From: Amphiscolops sp. MND2022
Taxonomy: Eukaryota
Length of the DNA stretch: 64,000 bases
Direction of reading: 5' to 3'
Assembly: GCA_964187785.1 (NCBI GenBank)
Contig: OZ076418.1
Coordinates: 9,982,001-10,046,000, forward strand
Shown here piece after piece: positions 46,230 through 59,200 of this stretch (position 1 is the stretch's first letter; each line of letters opens with the position of its first letter). The position numbers were made by a program, and so were the translations under genes. The notes under the pieces were generated by a model, which was not told the DNA's origin, ran no database searches, and saw only the letters and a list, made by a program, of their open reading frames with translations.

Positions 46230-49115
46230 ACAACTTTTGATGCCGCACATTGATGTACCTGTTTGTGCGATACAACAGACAACTCTTGATACCGCACATT
46301 TTTTGTTGACTGACAGGTACCGGTCGCGTTGCTATATATACCCGATCCTGAACCACTTTTACCATCAAATGCAATTGTAAATACTTAAACCAAGTCTAAT
46401 CTTAACTAATCAATCTCAATTCAGTTCTTCATTCCTACCCAACCTGTTTTAAAAGGTTATGGGCCCATCAGCTTCCCAGACGACACCATCTACTTAGCTG
46501 ATCACAGCCTCACCAGCGCAGATCACGTTGACGACACCACGACACTCTCGACAAGAGAAGCTGCTGTTTAGTGGACGAGACGATGACTTCCCCACTTTTC
46601 TGAAGCAGTTCGAAGCAGGAGTCTATGTCCTGGGACTCTCTGACTGCCTTCTGGACAGAATCAAAACAACACCTCAAAAAGATGTGGAGACGAATGACGA
46701 ACGTGTCAAATTGCAGAAAAATTTCTTGAATAGGTCATTGCCAGACTTAATCAACTTCCACTCTTGATGCTTCGTTCGCTTTGGTGGAATAGGGTTTTCG
46801 GGAAAGCCTTCATCTCCTTCATCGGTATCAGAATCAGAATGTTCGGCTAGAAGATCACAAACTTCAACAATGTCACTCATGATCACACTCTGAAAATGTC
46901 ACAGGTAAATAAATCAACCATTAAAACAGTCATTACGAAAGTCTACAACTGAAATGTCTACTAGACATTTTCCTGTAGTACAGGAACACAGTCGAAATAT
47001 CAAGATAACTAATTGGGTATAGCCAAATAATTGGGTTGGGTTATTGGGTCTGAGGGAGGAATTGGGTTAGGGTAATTGGATTGGGTACCTAAAATTGGGC
47101 AATTCGTTGGGGTATACCCAATTATTTGGGTTTTAGAGCTGGCAACCCTTGTGTCAAGCGAGAGGGGGAAGAAGCAAATCGAGCCAAACTACAGTTCATG
47201 GTGTGGTGCGAGCTGGTTCAGTGCTTTGACAAGGCAAGCATCAACTTCATCAGAGGGCACAAGCCAAATGGGACTGCAGCCTGGACAGCTTCGACAAAGC
47301 TCCACAAATCAACTGAACGGCCCCGTGTTCAATCACTGATGACACTGCTCACTGGTCTCAAGATGACATCAGGGGAGAAGGTGACTGACTACCTCACCAA
47401 AGCAGAAGGGCTCTAACTGTATCTGGCTGAAGCGGGGGAAGTGGTCTCATGCTCTCTTCACAGCGATGATTCTCTAGGGTCTTCCAAGTGACTTCGACAG
47501 TGTGGTGGCAGTCCTCAACCTCGGCACAGCAAAAGGGTACTACGAGATGAAGCAGGACTTGGTCAACTTCGCAGCAACCAAGGGTCTCTTTGTTTCCAGC
47601 GAGACATCGATGACAGCATTTCACTCAGCCGGCAGGAAGCCCCCAAAGTGCTTCAAGTGTGGAAAGATGGGGCACAGAGCTAAGGACGGTCACAGTCGGG
47701 AGACCAGGACTTGCTTCAACTGTGGTCAGAAGGGGCATCTGGCTTCATATTGCAGGAGGGGACAGCAAATGAGCTCAAGTGGACGATGTGGCTCGGGTCA
47801 ATCAAGCAACCATTCATCAGCGGACTTCTTCAGCTTCGGGGCTTTCAGGGCTGGTTGCTACGACAAGGGGAGAGTCGAGCTTCTCATTGTCTCTGGGTGC
47901 AACGGCTTCATGATCAATAACAAAGAGCTCTTCTCTGATCTGGACGAGGGTTTTCTGGCAGACGTATGCAACGCTAACAGCAGTCGTTCAGAGATCAGAG
48001 GATGTGAGACAGTGCGATGCTTTGTGAAGGACAATACGGGCCATTCTTGTCTACTGGAACTGAAGAATGCCTTCTGGGTGCCATCCTACGCAGGGGAATC
48101 TGGTGTCGGTCAAGCGATTGTCGGACAAGGGGGCAATGATCCAGTTCACTGACGACCCAACTATCAAGATGCCCAATGGAACTGTTGTGCCAATGATGAC
48201 AAACGACGAACTTTTCAGTGTGATGGCTCAATCTGTGGAGACGGGGTCACTGGCAATGATATCTCACTCTATCAAGCACTGGCTTCGAGTGATGGGGCAC
48301 AGTATCTGGCACGATGTGGCAAAGTTGCAGCAAGAGGTCGTGGGCATGAACACCTCTGGCTCCGAGAAGAAGACGAACTGCAACATCTGCTGCACCGAGA
48401 AGGCGAAACGGGAATCCATTCCGATGACGTGTGTCAATCGAGCAAAAACCAAACTGGCTATCGTCAGACAGACGTGGTCGGACCCATTCAACAGGAGTCC
48501 CACGAGGGTTTTCGCTATGCAGTGGGCTTCATCGACAGTTACATCCGTTTCGGGGCAGTATACCCAATGAAGTCAAAGCATGAGGTCACCGCAAAGTTAC
48601 AACGATTCATCATCGATGTTGGCTGGCCTGGCACCTTGGTCTCAGACGGGGCTCTCGAGTTCAAATCAAAGCAGTTCAGTGACTTGTGCACATCCAATGG
48701 CATCAAACAGGAATTCTCTGCTCTCTACAAACCCGAAGAAAACGGCAAAATTGAGCGAGCATGGGGCACTGTGACTGCCATGACGCGGTGCATGATGGCA
48801 ACTGCAGTGGTCCCAAAGCAATTCTGCCTTTTGCTCTTTCAACTGCCATCTACCTGAAGAATCGGTCAATCCACGCGGCACATGGCAAGACCCCTTTTGA
48901 GATGTTTCACGGAAGCAAGCCTGACCTTTCACATCTATACGTGTTTGGGTGCTAGTAGTTTGTGCTCAACGGAGTCAGGACGAAACTGGACAGCAAGGCA
49001 CGGGAAGCTATTTTACTGGGATACTCGGGAATTTCCAAGGCATATGTGGTAGCCTCAACAGATGGGTCAGAGACAAGGGCACCAAAAGTCTGGGTATCTC
49101 GAAACGTCAACTTCA
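46230..49115 (+). mobile_element. second Ty1/Copia element, 5' part (putative LTR, PBS, gag-pro-int), degenerate and 3'-truncated
   Basis: PBS GGTTATGGGCCCA at 46455-46467; gag KLLFSGRDDDF..WCELVQCFDK; knuckles CFKCGKMGH, CFNCGQKGH; integrase TDVVGP..IDSY..SDGALEF..ENGKIER; TKLDSKARE..LLGY. Confidence 0.88.
46710..47150. mobile_element. DNA-element insertion inside Copia gag
   Basis: Flanked by GTGTCAA direct repeats (46703-46709, 47151-47157); removing it restores DERVKREGEEANRAKLQF. Right end CTGGCAACCCT; TTGGG-rich subterminal repeats. Confidence 0.75.
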
Positions 49116-49119
49116 ACTG

Positions 49120-52100
49120 GTCTTTGTTGATGATGTGAAAACAAGCTACGTTGGCAATAGATTTTTCGGATGAGTCGTTGGAGATGTGAAGCTGCACTGC
49201 GGCGGGTGAACTGTCTGTGAAGTAAAGTCGAGGGATTGATAGTGTCTGAAATTTACCTCTTTCCTTGATCAAAGATACCACGTCGGGTAGGCGCATGATC
49301 TCAAGTTTAGTGTCCCAGCTGAATGGTTGCTTCCATGTCTCCTGACGAGCGTGTCAAAAACGGCTTGTTACTGGTCCTATCAAGCCACGTGGGTCAAATA
49401 TAGAAGACGTCCACTTGGGAAGCTCTCTTTGGGTCATGTAACCTCATCCAATAAGAGTAGAAAGTTTTCTCGATCAATGAGGTAGTTGTCAGTTGAAGGT
49501 TTCCATTGAACATCAAGCCATCGTTCTGTTTTATTGGCAAGAAAACGGTCAAATGCGATGGGTCCTAGACTTCGTTGTTCTGTTTGATTTAGGAAAGTTA
49601 GATTTTTATAGCTGCTAAATTTGGTCACGGTAAAACATTCCAGAACAAGTGTCTTCCTCGGTTCCGCCGCAACTTTGTTGTGCTGCGTCCACTGTGTCAA
49701 GTTGTCCATGTAGAGTCCTCTGTGATATATACTATGCCGGTAGAGATTTAAACTGTTTTTTGTCAAAATCTCATGACAATGCTTGTCAGGTTACAAAGAA
49801 AAGCAGGTCCTATTAGCAAGCTGCTGCTCAGTGATACTCTTTGCTATGTACTGTTGGCGTTGGTCATTCTCCTTACTTTTCCGGGTTTGTTGATGTTAGT
49901 AACCAGATGATGCGGAGGAACCCAAGCTGTATCTGACTGAGGATAAACTTCGGTGATGTGTCTTTTGGCGACATCTTAGTCAATCGTGTCTTGGTAGAGA
50001 TTCTCCAGATGGGAGTCCGTAATGAGACGTTGTTGCTGTGATCTCAGTCGTAGGTTAGCAACTATCCGACTTTTCGGTAGGTTGACGTGCTCTTTCCACC
50101 GCAGTTCGACTTCGTAATGGCCATTAACAATTTTTGTGGTCGATTCTAGAATCTTCAAGGCCTTTTTGTTTTCATGTGAGTACCTGTAAATTTCATTTAC
50201 TTCACTCCCGTTGTTTCGAATTTTTTCCAATTCGGATTTTGTTGACAAAATCGCGATCACAATCATTAGCTAAATGTGCGTTATATGGCATATTTAGTCT
50301 GTGCTGTAGATGGTAGGCAGGATTTTTCCCAGCTTCTGTCTATCCTAAGGAATATCGATTGCCTTAGAAGTGTTTGGTGGTCCATTGGTCAACCCTCGGT
50401 TCACAATTAGGTCGTATGCATCCATACCAATGAGAGGAGAAACGATTTTGTTTGCCAATCAAGGCAATACTGTATAACTTTAGTCTAAGTTTTCTTGCCA
50501 AATTTCGTTGATAGTGTGAGGTTGAACGTTGTTTAGATTCAGTCGAGGAACGTAAACATTATCGTCAAGAATGGAGTGCTGCGTCGAAGATCTGTAAGGT
50601 CCTATCGTGATCTGAAGAGATGCGACTAAGAGTTCATTAGTTGCAAGAATCCCACCCACTGTTTACGTTGGGTTCCAGGTCACGAACAAGTTGTCTTCCG
50701 ACGGCATCGGTCGGTGGCGTAAGAGAACTCCCTGAATCCAAAAAAGCGTATGCCTCCAAGGTTACCCACCACCAGACAATGTTACTGGTTGAATCAGCAA
50801 CACAGAAACAATGAAGGCGATCATCTCAATGCACCGTTTAGTGTCGTAGTGCCTGTAATCAATGCAGGTTGACTGTCTTTGTGAAGTAGTGTATAATGGA
50901 GTTTGTCACATCCTGAACGTCGGCTTGTAGTAGTTGATTTGCAGCCTTAGAAGAGATGAGGACTGAGGCAAATTAAGCATAACTTCAATTTTTTCAAATG
51001 TTCCAACCTTCGACTGACTGGAAGTTGGCGAACGTTCTTTGCTTCAATCGTGATGTTCCGTAAATCTCCACAAACTTTGGCATATTTTCCAAGCCACTCA
51101 GTTTTGTGTGACAGCGTTGTGCAATCAACTTTGGCTGCTAAAGCATGACACTTCCACTCAAACCCGTTGGTGATGGGTAGTTTCTTCAGAACATGCTCCA
51201 CATTCGCTGTTGAATGTAGGTCAAGATGAAAGCAGAAATGTTTGAAAGCGTCCATTTTTGTAGAAAGAAAGTTCGAGAAGTCATTAAAGCTGGTAGGTTG
51301 TTCGAATGTCGGGTGTTGAAGTCTTTGGAAGTGAGGCAAATACTCTGAAACAACCTTTGTTGGCTTTTCTTTCCCAAATTGCTTTTGAGTTTTTGTATGG
51401 TGGTTTCGTAGAAATTTCCGTTGCGTCAATATCCATGGACCAGGTTCTTTGCAGGTCCTGTCACAAGCGATTGCCGATGATTCAATTTTGGCATTTGTCA
51501 TGTCTGGGAGTGTACTGTGGCGGTGAAAATGCCAATCCATTTCAACTATTTCATAAGATTTCTGTCGGATTCTGAAGGTTTGACTGATGGTAGTGACTTT
51601 TTGAATGATTTTGACATTAAACATGCTGCTGCTGTTGTTGTTAATGTTGTTGAGGTGACAGCTTCTTGAACATCTATCGGAAACGTTTTGTCAGTCTCAA
51701 CGTATGGATTGACAAGTTCTTCGACATCTTTGTTTATTCAACTCACTGCTTGTTTTCGATAGAATTTCGTGGAATGATTAAGCTGTCGTACGTTATCGCG
51801 AGTTTTATTGTATTGTTCTCAATGTTTTTTAAGGACCAAAGAACTCTCCGAATGTACAACAATATTTTTTGTAGTTCTTTCCTTTCTAGCTTTTTCAGCG
51901 CTTCAGATTGTTTTCATTGATGATTTTAGAGAAAAGATCAGTGTCTTGATTTTTTTGAGGCATTTTCTCACCGGGGGCTGCAAGCTATGTTTTTCATACA
52001 AAAAGTTTGGGAGCAATATTTTCTTTCAGTCGCTTCTCGTTACCTTTTTTATCGATCATTTTGTTCCAAGCAACTTGTTTTTTTTTCCAGCACTTTTCTT

Positions 52101-52330
52101 GGTACCTCAGCAGAAACTTGGTACATCAGATACTTGGTACTACAAGCAGATACTTGGCTCTTCAGAAAAGAAAATAGTTGGCTTGGGTTCACGACATTTT
52201 TGTCTTCAACGTTACAAATGGTAGTCTCAAGTTTGATTTCCAAGTGTTTCAGTCTGTCGAAGAGCTGTTAACTGTGTTCCTTGTGGGCGCCAAAATGTTT
52301 GGGAAAATATTGTTCCAATTAAAATGGAGC
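49120..52330 (-). mobile_element. second BEL/Pao relic (heavily degenerate gag-pro-RT-RNase H)
   Basis: SSIFDPRGLIGP..ETWKQ..SWD..SIPRLYF..QLHISNDSSEK; GHYEVELRWKE..NLP; AYAFLDSGSSLT (~50740); CLICLSPH. Confidence 0.75.
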
Positions 52331-52439
52331 TGAAAATTTCGAAAATATGAAATTCTCTCAAATAAAGAAATGTCGAACTCTAAAGGAGTACTTTTTTTGG
52401 CGCGTCTTGAAGAACTGCTTATGAGCCCCATAAAATTTG

Positions 52440-54090
52440 AATTTAATTGAATAACAAACAATGTGAGCCAATGATTCAGAGGTTTTTGCCTAAAACGCAA
52501 TTTGGATTGCAGATCACTCAAACATTTTTGCTACTCTGCTCGCAGCACAGAAACAACTGGCTGTTCCGCTCAACCAAGCTTCTCGCACTGCTATCGCGAC
52601 TCTCAAGGAGCAAGTTTCCTCCGTCGTACTATGGCTGATCCGAGCAAACGAAACCCTCGTTCTCCAAACAGACGCGTCCGAAACCCGCATCGGATCTAAT
52701 CTCAGTCAGGGTGCCAAACTTGTCGGTTTCTTCACAAGAACTTTGAAACCAAACGAAAAAGGGTACTCGCTTGTTCAATGTGAAATGATGGCAATCTTGG
52801 AAGGCTTCCGCCGTTTCTTGAACCTGTCACGTACGTCACGAGTTTTAGTTCGCACGGACCGAAAGGCCTTCTCGTTCATATTTACATTTAGCCCTTCAAG
52901 AATAAAAAAATGACGAGTTGATTCAATGGGGCTTGGAACTATCGGAAAACATTTTTGCAATAAGCTATCAGAAAGGTTCTCAGAACGTGCCAGCTGACGC
53001 CTCTCTGTCTCGATTAGCGACCATACATCTCAGCTGTAAAAGTCTACACGAGATACTTGCACATCAGGGAGTGACCCGACTGTACAAGTAATTTCAAAGA
53101 CTCAAAGTCCTGATGTCTTTAGATGAGGCAAAATGGGGTACCGAGAACTGCTTTTCAGGGGGCATTCAGCAGCGATCTTATCCAATCCTCCAAACCTTGT
53201 GACCGACTGACTATCAATTGACCTTGTTGTCCCCAAACCAAGCAAAACTCAATTTTTTTCACAGCGGTGGACAAATGTACCCACTCGCGTTCGTTCCCCG
53301 GACCATCACACGTAGTAGCGTAAACAAATGTCTCTTGACACGTTTTGCCATATTCGAAACCCAATGGTTCTTTCACTCCGACCGGGGCACACAGTTAGTG
53401 TCATCGGAATTCCAAAATTTCTGCTGTCAAATATGAGTTGCATCCTCGAAAACGTCGCCCCACCATCCTCAGGGCAATGGCCAAAACGAGCGTTCGGCGC
53501 AATATTGTGGACAGCCGTTCAGAGCCTGTTACACACAAATCGCCCACTCTCTCACTGGAAGTGTGTTCTACCATCGACGCTCTCTTCGTTTCGGACACTT
53601 GTCCATACCGCGATACAAAGAAGAGTCCCCATGACCGCTTCTCTTGTTTCAAACGCGGTGAGCCGCTGATTCGTCCCTCCGAGTGAGCACCTTGGCTCAG
53701 GGCAGACACTCCAGCGTACCTCCGAAATTTCGTAAGGGCAAAAGTCAAAGATCCAGTTGTCCCCGTACACCAGAAGTTGATTTCCCTCACCTTGCACGAA
53801 GCTCCTTCAGCAATGGGCGAGTTGACCCTGTTTCGACCAGTGACCTTTTCGACGAACACCGGATGTTGACAGCGAAGGACGATCTCGCAACCAGGCGGAC
53901 AGTGCAGAGACAAGGAGACCAATGTACACCCTGACATCGGAACCCAATGTGAGCCAGCTGAGTCTGCGGAACCAGTAAAGGAATCTCAAGTCTGTCCCCA
54001 CTCTTCAGCTCCCACCTCACGACGCTCGGCAAGGAACAGGAAATCTCCTGCATACCATGGCGACTTTGTGTTGACGTCAAACTAGAGACT
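52440..54090 (+). mobile_element. Ty3/Gypsy pol relic (RNase H - integrase - C-terminus)
   Basis: EMMAILEGFRRF..VLVRTDRKAFSF; SYQKGSQNVPADA; HSDRGTQLVSSEF; YLRNFVRAKVKDP..FSNGRVDPVSTSDL. Confidence 0.72.
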
Positions 54091-54149
54091 TTCCAAGCGG
54101 GAAGGAGTTTTAATATTGTTATATAAATGAAGTTTTTTAGTATTGGTAT

Positions 54150-55230
54150 AATATATCATTGTGTTTTTTTGTTAGCCTAATTGTTGCATGTATGCTTCAG
54201 GTTCTGCCACGCGACATTGAAAAACTGGATTGCATTGTTATGTTGAAAAGTTGCTCCTATCTGCCAAAGCTGTTGTATATTTTGAGAACCAGGGCATGTT
54301 TTAATCATCCATCTCTCATGGAAAAGTATTTCAAGACCTTACGCAATGTGCTTTCCAAATTGTTTACCGTGAACTTTGACAATCTTTTGAGTACTTAGTG
54401 GGCTCTGCCTGCTGAAATGAGTGGTCTTGGGGTTTCATCCGCATGATTTTTAGCACTTTCCGCCTTGTTGAGTCGAGCTTTTGGTGCCAATGACTTTCTC
54501 AAGACAATGATCTGGGTGATTTCGTTCACGAATGCGCTTGGGAAATGTCTGAAATTGACAATTGAACAAGTCAGATCTCTCGATGGAACCCAGAAAAGTA
54601 GGACCCAACATGCTTGCGTCAAAATGCCCTTGCTTTAATGTCCCGAATGGATGACAGACGTTCGAAAGTTTTCAACGCTCATCAAGTCACGTTCGGGTTC
54701 CAGTGGCTGAACGTTGTACCTCGAAAGAACCTAGCACTAAAACGTGATGATCAGCAGCTTCGGAATTCGATTGGCTTACGTCTCGTAGCCAACATCTGTG
54801 TTGCGCATACGTGCCACTGTGGTAAAAGTTGAACGGGACGGTTTACACGGTTTTTCTTGCACCGTGAGTGCCGTGCCGGTCGCTTCTCACGTCAAGCTAC
54901 TCTCGCTCGAGCCGCGTGGACTGTACCGACGGAGTTACCATGATTCCTTGGGAAATGAGTAAACAGCTGCTGTGGGTTGTCACGGTTGTGGATGCTCTTG
55001 CACCCAGTCGCCTGAATCAAGACTCATTTTGTAACGCGGGAGCCTTTGCCACAGATGCTGAGGCACGTATTATTGAGAAGTATCGCGAATTGATTGACAA
55101 TGGATTTATTTTTCAACCATTTGCCTGGGAAGAACCGAGTTGTTCAGGCGAGAGCAGTGAAATTTCATTGCGCGTCTCTGTAAAATGCTCTGTCGTTCGC
55201 ACGAGACAATCAACGAGCTGTCCGCTAGCG
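54150..55230 (+). mobile_element. 3' fragment of a CRE-like non-LTR retrotransposon with restriction-like endonuclease
   Basis: LPKLLYILRT; WLNVVP.KNL.LK.DDQQLR.SIGLRL..C...TCHCG; DGVTMIPWE..KQLLW.VTVVDALAPS; AEARIIEKYREL...F.FQP. Confidence 0.75.
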
Positions 55231-56012
55231 ACAATGATTAAGCGATGGTTTGTCAAGAGTGCACCTTGAGCGATATGGTAAATAGCCTGTAGAAGTGCGA
55301 GAAGTTATCGAGGATGAACTGCCAGGCACGATATGAAAAAGCCAAAGATGCTTTTATTGTCTGGCCAGAAAGAATGTTGCCAATTACAACCCATAAAAAA
55401 CGTGCGAAGTCAAAGAAAGCAGCATGCGATGCAATCATTTGCTGCGTCACAAGGCAAACGATTAACACATAAAACGGATCGGACGTTCCACAACAGTAAA
55501 AAATAGAATTTTGTATTTGTTTGAACCGTATCCTAACTACGTGTTTTTGAACGATTTCCAAGTATATTAAGTTTTATCAGAATAGAACAGGCACAACTAA
55601 AACTGTCGATGACACACCTAATTTACTATTCTTTTGTGTCTTCTACTGAGAAGACCGAATGATTTTTCTTAGAGAGCTCAAAAGTCAAATGAGCGACGAG
55701 CGACTAGTTAGCATGCTAAATTGTGGAAAAAGGCAAATTTTCAGTGCGCTGGTGGTTTTGGACTAACTATAGTTTTTGGTCAACCACAATTTGCTGAAAT
55801 GATCTGAAAGTCAGTTGTTCAACATCCTTCAGTATACCCGGCTCATCATCGTTTGCTAATACTAGGTTGGAGACATTACCATCATTGTGACTTGGTTTAA
55901 TTATTAGCTTTGTGTGATTGGCGCTAGTAAGTGCATTTATTTTAATTTCAATGAAAATTTCGTTACCTCTCACTAACAGTTGTCCACAATTTTGTCTGAT
56001 ATTTGAAGTCTC

Positions 56013-56226
56013 TGTGACCGAGGCCATAGCCTTGGTTAGAAAAAGAAAACGATGCTAACATTTAGATTGATAAACAACTGTAAACATATATAAACATAAA
56101 GTAAAGTACCTGTCAGTAAGCTTTGTCGAAACGACCTAAAGGTCAAACATTTGCAGCAAGTTGCCTTTACAGTATACAGTTACTTAATTCACTACTATTG
56201 TTAGCAAACTCGTTTTCGCTATAACA
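56013..56226 (+). repeat. Gypsy 5' LTR
   Basis: TG..CA; about 9 substitutions versus the 3' LTR by manual count. Confidence 0.93.
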
Positions 56227-59200
56227 TGGCGCTGCGAAATACTGATCCTGAAGATGGGAAACACAAAGATGGGAGTGCAACAATAGCAGGTCTTGCCCCA
56301 TACTGGAACGATCCACAAAAGAAACCCAACATCGAGTGGAAGAAATGGTGTGATCTCTTGGCTGTGGCGATGACGGCAAAATACTCAATCTCCATTGCAG
56401 AAGTATTGAGAACAGTCACCAATGAGACAGAAAGGAATAAAGCACTGCTAAACAATTTGGATAAATCAGTAGCCGAAAGAAAGTGTGTAAGTGTGCTTTA
56501 CTCATCCTTGGGAACGGCAGCACGCAAAACATTTTCTGACAAATATCCAGCAGCAAAAATTGCAGAAATCACGCTAGAAGATCTGCTAAAGAATTGCAAG
56601 GATACCTTTGACACGAAGAGAAATCGGACTCTAGATAGATTCAGATTCCTCTCACGAAAGCAAATGGCCTCAGAAACATTGGAACAGTTCTGGAATTCCC
56701 TAAACCGCCTAGCATCGGAGTGTGATTTCGGGGCACAAACAGAAAGCTTGGTCCACGATATCTTCATTCTGAATATGGAAAACTAGGCAGTTCAAGAAAA
56801 ACTGTGCACAAGGCCAAAAACTAATCCAAAAGACGCACTAGAATTCGCAATAGCATATGAAGAAGGCACACTTCGTCAAAAATCATATGGCGAAAACAAA
56901 ATCACAATAAAAAGCGAACCAATATGTACAGTGGTCAAGAAGAAGGACTGCTTACGATGCGGAAAAGAAAACTTTTCAATAGAACATTTGAAAGTGTGCC
57001 CCGCAAAAGGAAAACAATGCAACAAGTGCGGAGTCATGGGCCACTTCGGCAGAGTGTGCAGGAGAGCACAAAAGCAACAGAACGCACAGAAGCAACCGCC
57101 GAGGCGGGTGAATTGGGTAGAGGAGGAATCAGAAAATGACGAAGACAAGAATGAAGACGAAGAACATTACGTTCTGGGCATTGACGGCAGTGGATCACCT
57201 CCATTCATGATGAAAGGGAAGATAAATAGAAAAAAAATCTGTCTAATGATAGACTCGGGTTCCCCGGTAACGATCATTAATTACGAAGAACTACAGAAAA
57301 TTCTACAATACGAAACACTATTCGTTCGTCCATTACCACCTGATGAAAAGTATGTAGACTACAATAAAAAAACCCGTCAACTTACTGGGATATATATTTT
57401 GCGAACTAGAAGTAGGCGGAAAATATATCCGAAAGGCAAGGTTATTAGTAGCGAGACCGGGTGCAAAATCCATCGTCGGCAGAGATTGGCTGAATTACCT
57501 GCACTACGCCATCGAACCAAAAAAGGGGGGTAAGTGTAATTCAATTAACCTTGTAAATAATATAAACAAAGTAGTGGTAAACAAATGGGCAAATGAAATG
57601 AAGCTTGAATTCCCAGACCTCTTCGAAAGAAGAGGCAAAATAAAACAGCACAAAATACACGCTAGACTCCATAAAGATACAATAGTGAAACAGCAGAAGG
57701 GCCGCCGCGTACCTATACAACTACAAGATGCAGTCAACAAAGAGGTAAGCAGGCTAATACAAGAAGGCCACATCGTGAAAGTACAAGAAATAAAAGAAGA
57801 TGTTTTTCTACAACCAACGGTAATCACCGTTAAGAAAGATCGCAGTGTAGAAACTGCATTGGATGCAAGGGAATTAAACAAAAACGTTATAAAAGACAAA
57901 TATCCCATGCGGAATTTAGATAACCTCATGGATATGATTGCAGAACATGTAGAACAAGGTCCAGGAGAAACATTCTTCACGACGCTAGACATGACGTATG
58001 CATACGGACAGGTGGAATTGAGTGAAGAAACATCAAGACACTGCAACTGCCAAATCATCGGGGGAAAAGCAACCGGAATTTACAGATTCGTGACAGGTTT
58101 CTACGGCCTCACAACGATGCCAACAGAGTTCCAAAGGATAAGGGACTTAACACTCGCAGGTATAACGAATACTTTTGTATTCATAGACGACATTCTAATT
58201 GTCACACACGGGACAGAAGATGAACACATCAAAAAAGTAAAAGAAGTAATGCAAAGACTGGATAACGCGAACATCAATCTAAAATTGGATAAATGCAACT
58301 TCGCGGAGAAAAATTTTGAATGGGCCGGGTACAACCTTTCTCAACAAGGGGTAGCACCCATAAAGAGTAAAGTGCAAGGAATCTTAGAACGCCTTCGACC
58401 CACCAATTTAAAACAACTCAGATCCTTTTTAGGGGCTGTAAACCAATTCAACAATATCTACCCGGATTTAGTTTCTAACCCGGAAAACTATGCTTCCCAT
58501 TCAGAACATTACTGAAGAAAGATAACGAATGGAACTGGAATACAGAACAGGAAAACGCGTTCACAGCAGTAAATGAAGCAATAAAGAAAGCAACAACACT
58601 GAATCTTTTCAAAAGCAAACAAAACATATTCTAGCAGGTTAACACGGTGGGTAGACCAACTTCTACCCTACGATTTTGAAGTAATACACGGCCCAGGAAG
58701 AACACTAGGCATCGCTGACTATTTATCTCGAAATCCATCACCACTAATTGAAAATTCAGTGAAATCCAGTACATTATGGGATGAATGGTTCCTTGTTAAC
58801 ATTGTTTCAGAAATGAAGAATACAATACTGGCGAATGAGAAGCCAAGCCGCGGCGGCCGACAGCCAATCAAAAGCGAGAGCGACGCGAGCGAGAAAACAA
58901 CAAGCAAAGGTGCGAACGACGTCACGCCATTATCGATTAAACAAACAATTAGAGACGCATTCACAGATCAACAGCAATTAGAAATGGCATGCAAGCGAGA
59001 CGCAAGCGAAACGCGGAAATTACATGAACTCGCAATCAAACCGCCAGTCAAACGACCAATAACACTAGCCCTAATCGATAAAAATTCCAGCACGCCGCTC
59101 AAATCGAGCATACAGAGATATTGAGAGAATATGCTAGCAGCAACTTACGACTGCGACCCATTGTTACAATCAATTATAGCCCTATTACAAAACTTCGACC

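Noticed and set aside
47000-47140. Telomere-like TTGGG/TTAGGG repeats
   Set aside because: Irregularly spaced and confined to the subterminal region of a TSD-flanked insertion.
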